Shown: one piece after another, positions 58,020-64,000 of the stretch
How positions within the stretch are numbered: the stretch's first letter is position 1
How the letters are laid out: every line of letters begins with the position of its first letter
From: the human T2T-CHM13v2.0 reference genome, Homo sapiens
DNA: 64,000 nt
Strand: one strand, 5' to 3'
Assembly (NCBI RefSeq): GCF_009914755.1
Contig: NC_060925.1
Position numbers and translations under genes: made by a program
Notes under the pieces: generated by a model
Databases searched by the model: none
What the model was told of the DNA's origin: nothing
Seen by the model: the letters and a program-made list of their open reading frames with translations, nothing else

Positions 58020-58347
58020 CACGGTGGCTAAAGCCTGTAATCCCAGCATTTTGGGAGGCCAAGGTGGTTGGATCACAAGGTCAGGAGCTTGAGACCAGCC
58101 TGGCTCTACTAAAAATAAAATGTGGTGAAACCCCGTCTCTACTAAAAATACAAAAATTAGCCCTTTGTTGTTGCACGCGCCTATAGTCCCAGCTACTCGG
58201 GAGGCTGAGGCAGAAAAATTGCTTGAACCTGGGGAGGCTGAGGCAGAAAAATTACTTGAACCCGGGAGACAGAGGTTGCAGCGAGCCGAGATTGCGCCAC
58301 TGCACTCCAGCCTGGGCAACAGACTGAGATTCCATCTAAAAACAAAA
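58020..58347 (+). mobile_element. AluS with two internal duplications
   Basis: 33-bp tandem duplication at 58199-58264 and an extra CTCTACTAAAAATA at ~58104-58117. Confidence 0.9.
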
Positions 58348-59288
58348 CCATGTATATATGTAAGTTTGAGGAAAAGAGTTGTATGAAAATTCAGGATAAT
58401 TAATAAAAGTAAACGAGAACTTCTTTACATATATATATATTTTTTAATTTTCTCAGTTAATGTTTGAATTTTTTTAACGTAGAAAATGTCAATGGGGTTA
58501 TCTGGGGAGAAAGATTATAGTCCATGAGTCCCCCTGTTGTATATATACCTGTATTAAAATATGCAATAAATGCTATTTTAAAAAATGTCTTATTACATAG
58601 AACAGAAGACCAGAATACTAGCTCTCCACGTCTTATGTCTTGATCAGTGAAGATTAGCTAGCAAAACAACCGTAACTTAGGGATAGCTTTATTTGTGGGA
58701 AGTGTCATTTAGTATGTCATGTATTAAAAATCATTTGTAGTCTTTCAGAGAGCATCTTATCTTTCTTGTAGGTGATAGTATTGGCTATCTATGTAGTGTC
58801 TTAAGTTCTTTAAATTATCCTTATTCTTACTTTTTGTGTACATTGTTTATAAAATAATGTGATCATCTTAATCTACCATTTTGATTATGGTTTGATCATT
58901 CTTTTACTATTTCCACTTGTTAGCAAAGCCTTTATACTTACTAAATTATGATAAAAATGATTATTATAACATGCCCGGTTTTACTTAAATGTCTTATTTA
59001 AACGTTCTGATTGTTATTCTTTCTTATTCAGGTTTCTTATTGTCATGTTTTATGTCTGTTTTCAGGTGTAATTGTCCTCTCACAAATGTATCCCATTTTG
59101 GGTGACAAAATACCTGATCACCTTATCCTTATAGTTTTCTCCCTAGAATCTTTTTTGTTATATTAATCAAAGTTTATTTGTGAGAATGTTATGAAATATA
59201 AGAAAATGAACATCATGAACCTGTCACTCAAATAAAAAAACTTGAATGTTACCAATACTATTGTATATTCCATATGCAGCAATATTGC

Positions 59289-59576
<288 letters not shown>

Positions 59577-59899
59577 CAATATTGCTTTTTAATCCCCCTT
59601 CTTACCCTGCCATGGGTAGGTGGCTGCCACAACTTTTGCCTTATTTTTTCAATATGGATTTTTCATGTAAATGACAAAAATATATTTAGTTTTTTTTTAG
59701 TTTATGGAAACGGTATGCCTATATAATGTTTTCCATGTCTTGTGTTTTAATTCAATAATGATTCTAATAAATAGCCGTATTTTTTGGATAGTTTTATAAT
59801 ACTCATTGCTGTGATATACTCTTTTGTGAAAATACCCATTTTATCTTTTATTGGACATTTGGGTTGATGGACATTTGAATATTTAAAGATTTTGACTTA

Positions 59900-60272
<373 letters not shown>

Positions 60273-60640
60273 TTATGCAAGCGTTTTTGAGAGGGTATAT
60301 TTAAAGGTATAGGTATATATTACTAGTGTGTAAAATAAACTTTATGAGACAGTACTAGATTATTTTCCAGTGTATTGTTCCTATTTATGTTCTCACCAGT
60401 AGTGCGTAGGAGTTCTTGCTGTTTCAGATCCCCACCAGCACTTGGCTAGGTATTTAATTTCTTAATTTTTAACAATTTGGTGTGTAGTATATTCTCTGGT
60501 CTTCCTTTGTCTTACCCTGATTATTAATGAGGTCTTACATCTTTTTTCCCCCCACATTTATGGCCATGGATGTTTCTCTTTTGTGAAATTCTGTTAAATG
60601 CCTATTTGTGTTTTTTGCTTGATAAAATGTGAGCTTATTA

Positions 60641-60844
<204 letters not shown>

Positions 60845-60926
60845 TTACAGTTACTGATTGTCTTTTGGTTATTTGTGTTGCTGGTGTCTTTTCCCAGTTT
60901 GTAGCTTGCCTTGTCACTTCTTTATG

Positions 60927-61040
60927 CTGTCTTGTCTGTCTGTCTGTCTGTCTCCCTCCCTCCCTCCCTCTCCCTCCCTCCGTCCGTCTGTCCCTCTCTC
61001 CCTCCCTCCCTCCCTCCCTCCCTCCCTCCCTTCCTTCCTA
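60927..61040. repeat. (TCTG)n-(TCCC)n compound pyrimidine-rich microsatellite
   Basis: Directly visible; abuts the 3' end of a minus-strand L1. Confidence 0.92.
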
Positions 61041-61215
61041 CTTTACTTTAGATTCAGGGTTACATGTGCAGGTTTGTTACATGGGTATATGGCATGAAGC
61101 TGAGGTTTGCAATACAAGTGATCCTGTCAGCCAGAGAGTGAGCTCAGTACCCAACAGTTAGATTTACAATCCTTTCTCCCTCCCCCCACCACTAGTTCCC
61201 AGTGCATATTGTTGC
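61041..61215 (-). mobile_element. L1PA/PB extreme 3' fragment
   Basis: tttagattcagggttacatgtgcaggtttgttacatgggtata..gtacccaacagtta. Confidence 0.8.
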
Positions 61216-63859
61216 GGATTAATACAGATTCTTAATGTATAGTTTTAATGTGGCCACAAATTCCCTTTGCATCTTAGATAAAAATAATTTATATGATCCC
61301 ATTCTTTACACATTCCAAATTTTCCTTTGCTCTTCTGGACATCTTCCATGTTGATTGCTGGAAGTCTTGAAGGCAATCCCAAATAACAGTTTTTAGCTTT
61401 TCAACTGTTGCTGTGATACGGTTTCTTATAGAGATTTTTGTAGTAGAATTTATCAGTATTTTCTTTCATGTTCAGTTTTCTTGTGTCTTAATTTAAAAAT
61501 CCTTACATACTCAGAGTTCATAAAGATACTATATTTTCTTCTGAAATTTTAAAAAATTTTGCTTTTTATATTTATCAGAAAATTATTTTTGTGTATTGTA
61601 TTTAGTAGGGATCTGGTTTCATTTTTTTGCCCTTATTAAGATAGTCAATTAAATTGAAATCTCTGTAATGACTTTTTCATATTACAGGTATATATATCGT
61701 AAGGCAAAGGCTGAAAAAACTATCATAACAAAATGCAGAATATGGTGGCATAAATAAAAGAGTTTTTTTGTTTCTTTTTCTGTCATAGCAGAAGTCCTGT
61801 TGGTATAAGAAAGTGGTATCAGTCTGCTCCATAAGGTTATTCACTGGGCCAAGTTTCTTTCATATTGTTGCTTCACTGATCCCTAGGCTTTTGTTCTTGG
61901 CTATGTGGTCTGTTGATGTGTGATTGTGCTCTTCTCCTTGTTTAAAAAAAAAGTTTTCCCTGTATTTGTGTATTTCATTGTCTTTTTTTTTTAAAGTCAG
62001 CTTTTGATTTTACTGATCCTCTTCATTGTACCATTGTTTTCTCTATTTTTATTGGTTGCGTGAGTCAGGGCTTTTGCAAGTCTTTAATAGGTAGGTGGTA
62101 TTCAGTCCACTTCTTCATCATCTTGGTGGCACCTCTGTTTAAGGAGACCAGGAATACTCACCTGGGTACGTACCTTTCTTCCTCTCTGATAATCTATTTT
62201 TCCTCAGGAACTTAATATTTGTGTCCTTGCCCGGTGTCTTTCTGTCATGGTTCCCTAGGCTGCCATCTCCACAGGAGAAAATGTTTGGTTAGTTCTCAGT
62301 CCCAAACCATAGCAGAGCCCAGAGACTCTTGTCACCCTCAGCCTTCAGTCCTTGGTTGCCTTCTTCGCAGACCTGGCAGCTCTTCCACCTGAAAGTGATA
62401 CATGGTATTAATAGTTGGACTAGACTATTATGATAAACAGAGTATCTAATAACCATGAGAATAAAAAACAAGAAATTTGTAACATTGAAATGAGTGCTAA
62501 ATGGCCTTTAATCTGTACTTGCTTTTGCACATTTTTTTTTAAGTGGTTTCTTTCTCTGACGTGTAGAGTGTATCTTCCTATTTCTGAATTTTCTTGTTTC
62601 TGTGGGATGTTAGTTTCTCTTGAAATGGTCATTGATATTACTCAGGAAGAAAAGTTTCTGTGGTCAGATTTAATAAGAGATATCTATGCTAGTCTTAACA
62701 TTTAATTTCTTTTAGTTGAATCTAAAATTGATATCATTCTTAGATTAATTAAAAATTTTTTAAAGAGCATGTATTCTTTAGTATTTTGATTCTAAGTACC
62801 ACTAATTTGATTTGTTTCAACAGTCATTAATGTGGGGCAGTCATCAATCACTACCATTGATCATTTATTTCATATACATTGTAAGTTAAATGACCAGGCT
62901 GAAATAATTCAGATGAAATTATTCTGTCAGTTAATGTGGTAATGTTAACATTTATCAGTAGTGCTGAATCACTTCTTTTGGGCATAATAGTGGTAAGCTT
63001 TTTGCTCAATGCAAAGACAGGCATAATTGCTTTTTTCAAATAAAAATGTAATTTGTAAAAATACTCCAGTAATTTTTGTAAAATCTCAAAATTGCAAATA
63101 ATTTGACGTTATTCTCAGTAATGAAGGCTGTTAAATCTCCTCTCTTAACGGCAGGTATGAAATCATTTGAGGAAGAAAAAAGTTCATAAATACAAACTTA
63201 AAAAAAAATGGAAAGACTTTTCCATGCAAAAAGATGCATTGCAGGAAGGAGGAAGAGTGTCCTTCATAGCACACCACAAGTCAGTATTAGAGGCTTGCTT
63301 TTCTACTTGAGTAGACCCAAGATTCCCCACCTATCGTCTTCCAAAGTTACTTGTGATCCACTGCAATCACAAGTTTTACAGTGTGTATACTCTAGGTGTA
63401 TGGAAGGATTTGAATTCACAAATAGTCAAACATCAGAAGAATAAGCTGATAATAATACATTTGAAAAGAGGTCAAGTATATTTTTGAAAACTAGGAGAGT
63501 TAAAGTGTTTTTGTGAACTAAGGAACAAATAAGGCATTGACAATATTTTACTTGATTAGGAATTTTGTTCAGGTGAGTAAAACTTTAAGCATCACTTAAG
63601 TTTTGTTTTTGTTTCTTACTTTTAGAATATCTGATCTGGACTTCTGTGGATTTATGGAAGAGCTGGCTTTATTTCTCTATCCTGTGGGAGGGGCAAACTT
63701 TGATTTTGTATGTGGAGTAACTTGACCTTCAGTTTTTTTGGTCTGAGAACAAAGGCCAAAAAATATGTAACAGTTAATAACGTAATTCACTTACTTAGTC
63801 AATAAATATGTGGGGACATTGTACTTGGTTGACACTTGGGAATATTGTAGTGAGCACTA

Positions 63860-64000
63860 CTGATGTGAGCCAGGCACTTTGCCTGGTAATCACTGTTCGT
63901 GTATAATTTAATCCTAAGGGCTGTGATGTAGATGTTATCCCTGTTTTACAAATAAAGAACTTCAGGCTTAGAATGATTAAGTACTGTTACCTAACTGATA
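63860..64000 (-). mobile_element. MIR fragment
   Basis: gccaggcactt..tttaatcct..gttatccctgttttacaaataaagaacttcaggcttagaatgattaagt. Confidence 0.6.

Noticed and set aside
59012-59071. Two consecutive pyrimidine-tract AG|GT sites (59031, 59065)
   Set aside because: The reconstituted donors (gtttct, gtgtaa) are poor, and such sites are frequent in T-rich introns.

Overview
Primate (most likely human) genomic DNA, AT-rich and about half interspersed repeats. The only protein-coding gene I can support is the 5' end of PTBP2 (polypyrimidine tract-binding protein 2, nPTB) on the + strand. It has a CpG-island promoter at ~35.55-36.7 kb, an 8-nt coding part of exon 1 (35994-36001) and a 31-nt exon 2 (37693-37723); spliced, these read MDGIVTEVAVGVK. 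A long intron 2 follows and runs off the window; exon 3 is not seen. The ~35 kb upstream holds a solo LTR12 (ERV9) with a CCAAT array, a tailless 7SK retropseudogene, MaLR and MER4 LTRs, DNA-transposon fossils, L1/L2/L3/MIR fragments and many Alus (~38 in the whole window). None of the long ORFs in the supplied track looks like a real gene; they are Alu-, L1- or GC-island artefacts. I found no convincing new biological system. The best leads are a set of candidate alternative/poison N-terminal exons of PTBP2 with suggestive phase relationships, an ancient ~320-bp inverted duplication, and several unusual retrotransposition structures. Repeat family and subfamily names come from recalled consensus sequences, and repeat boundaries are approximate.
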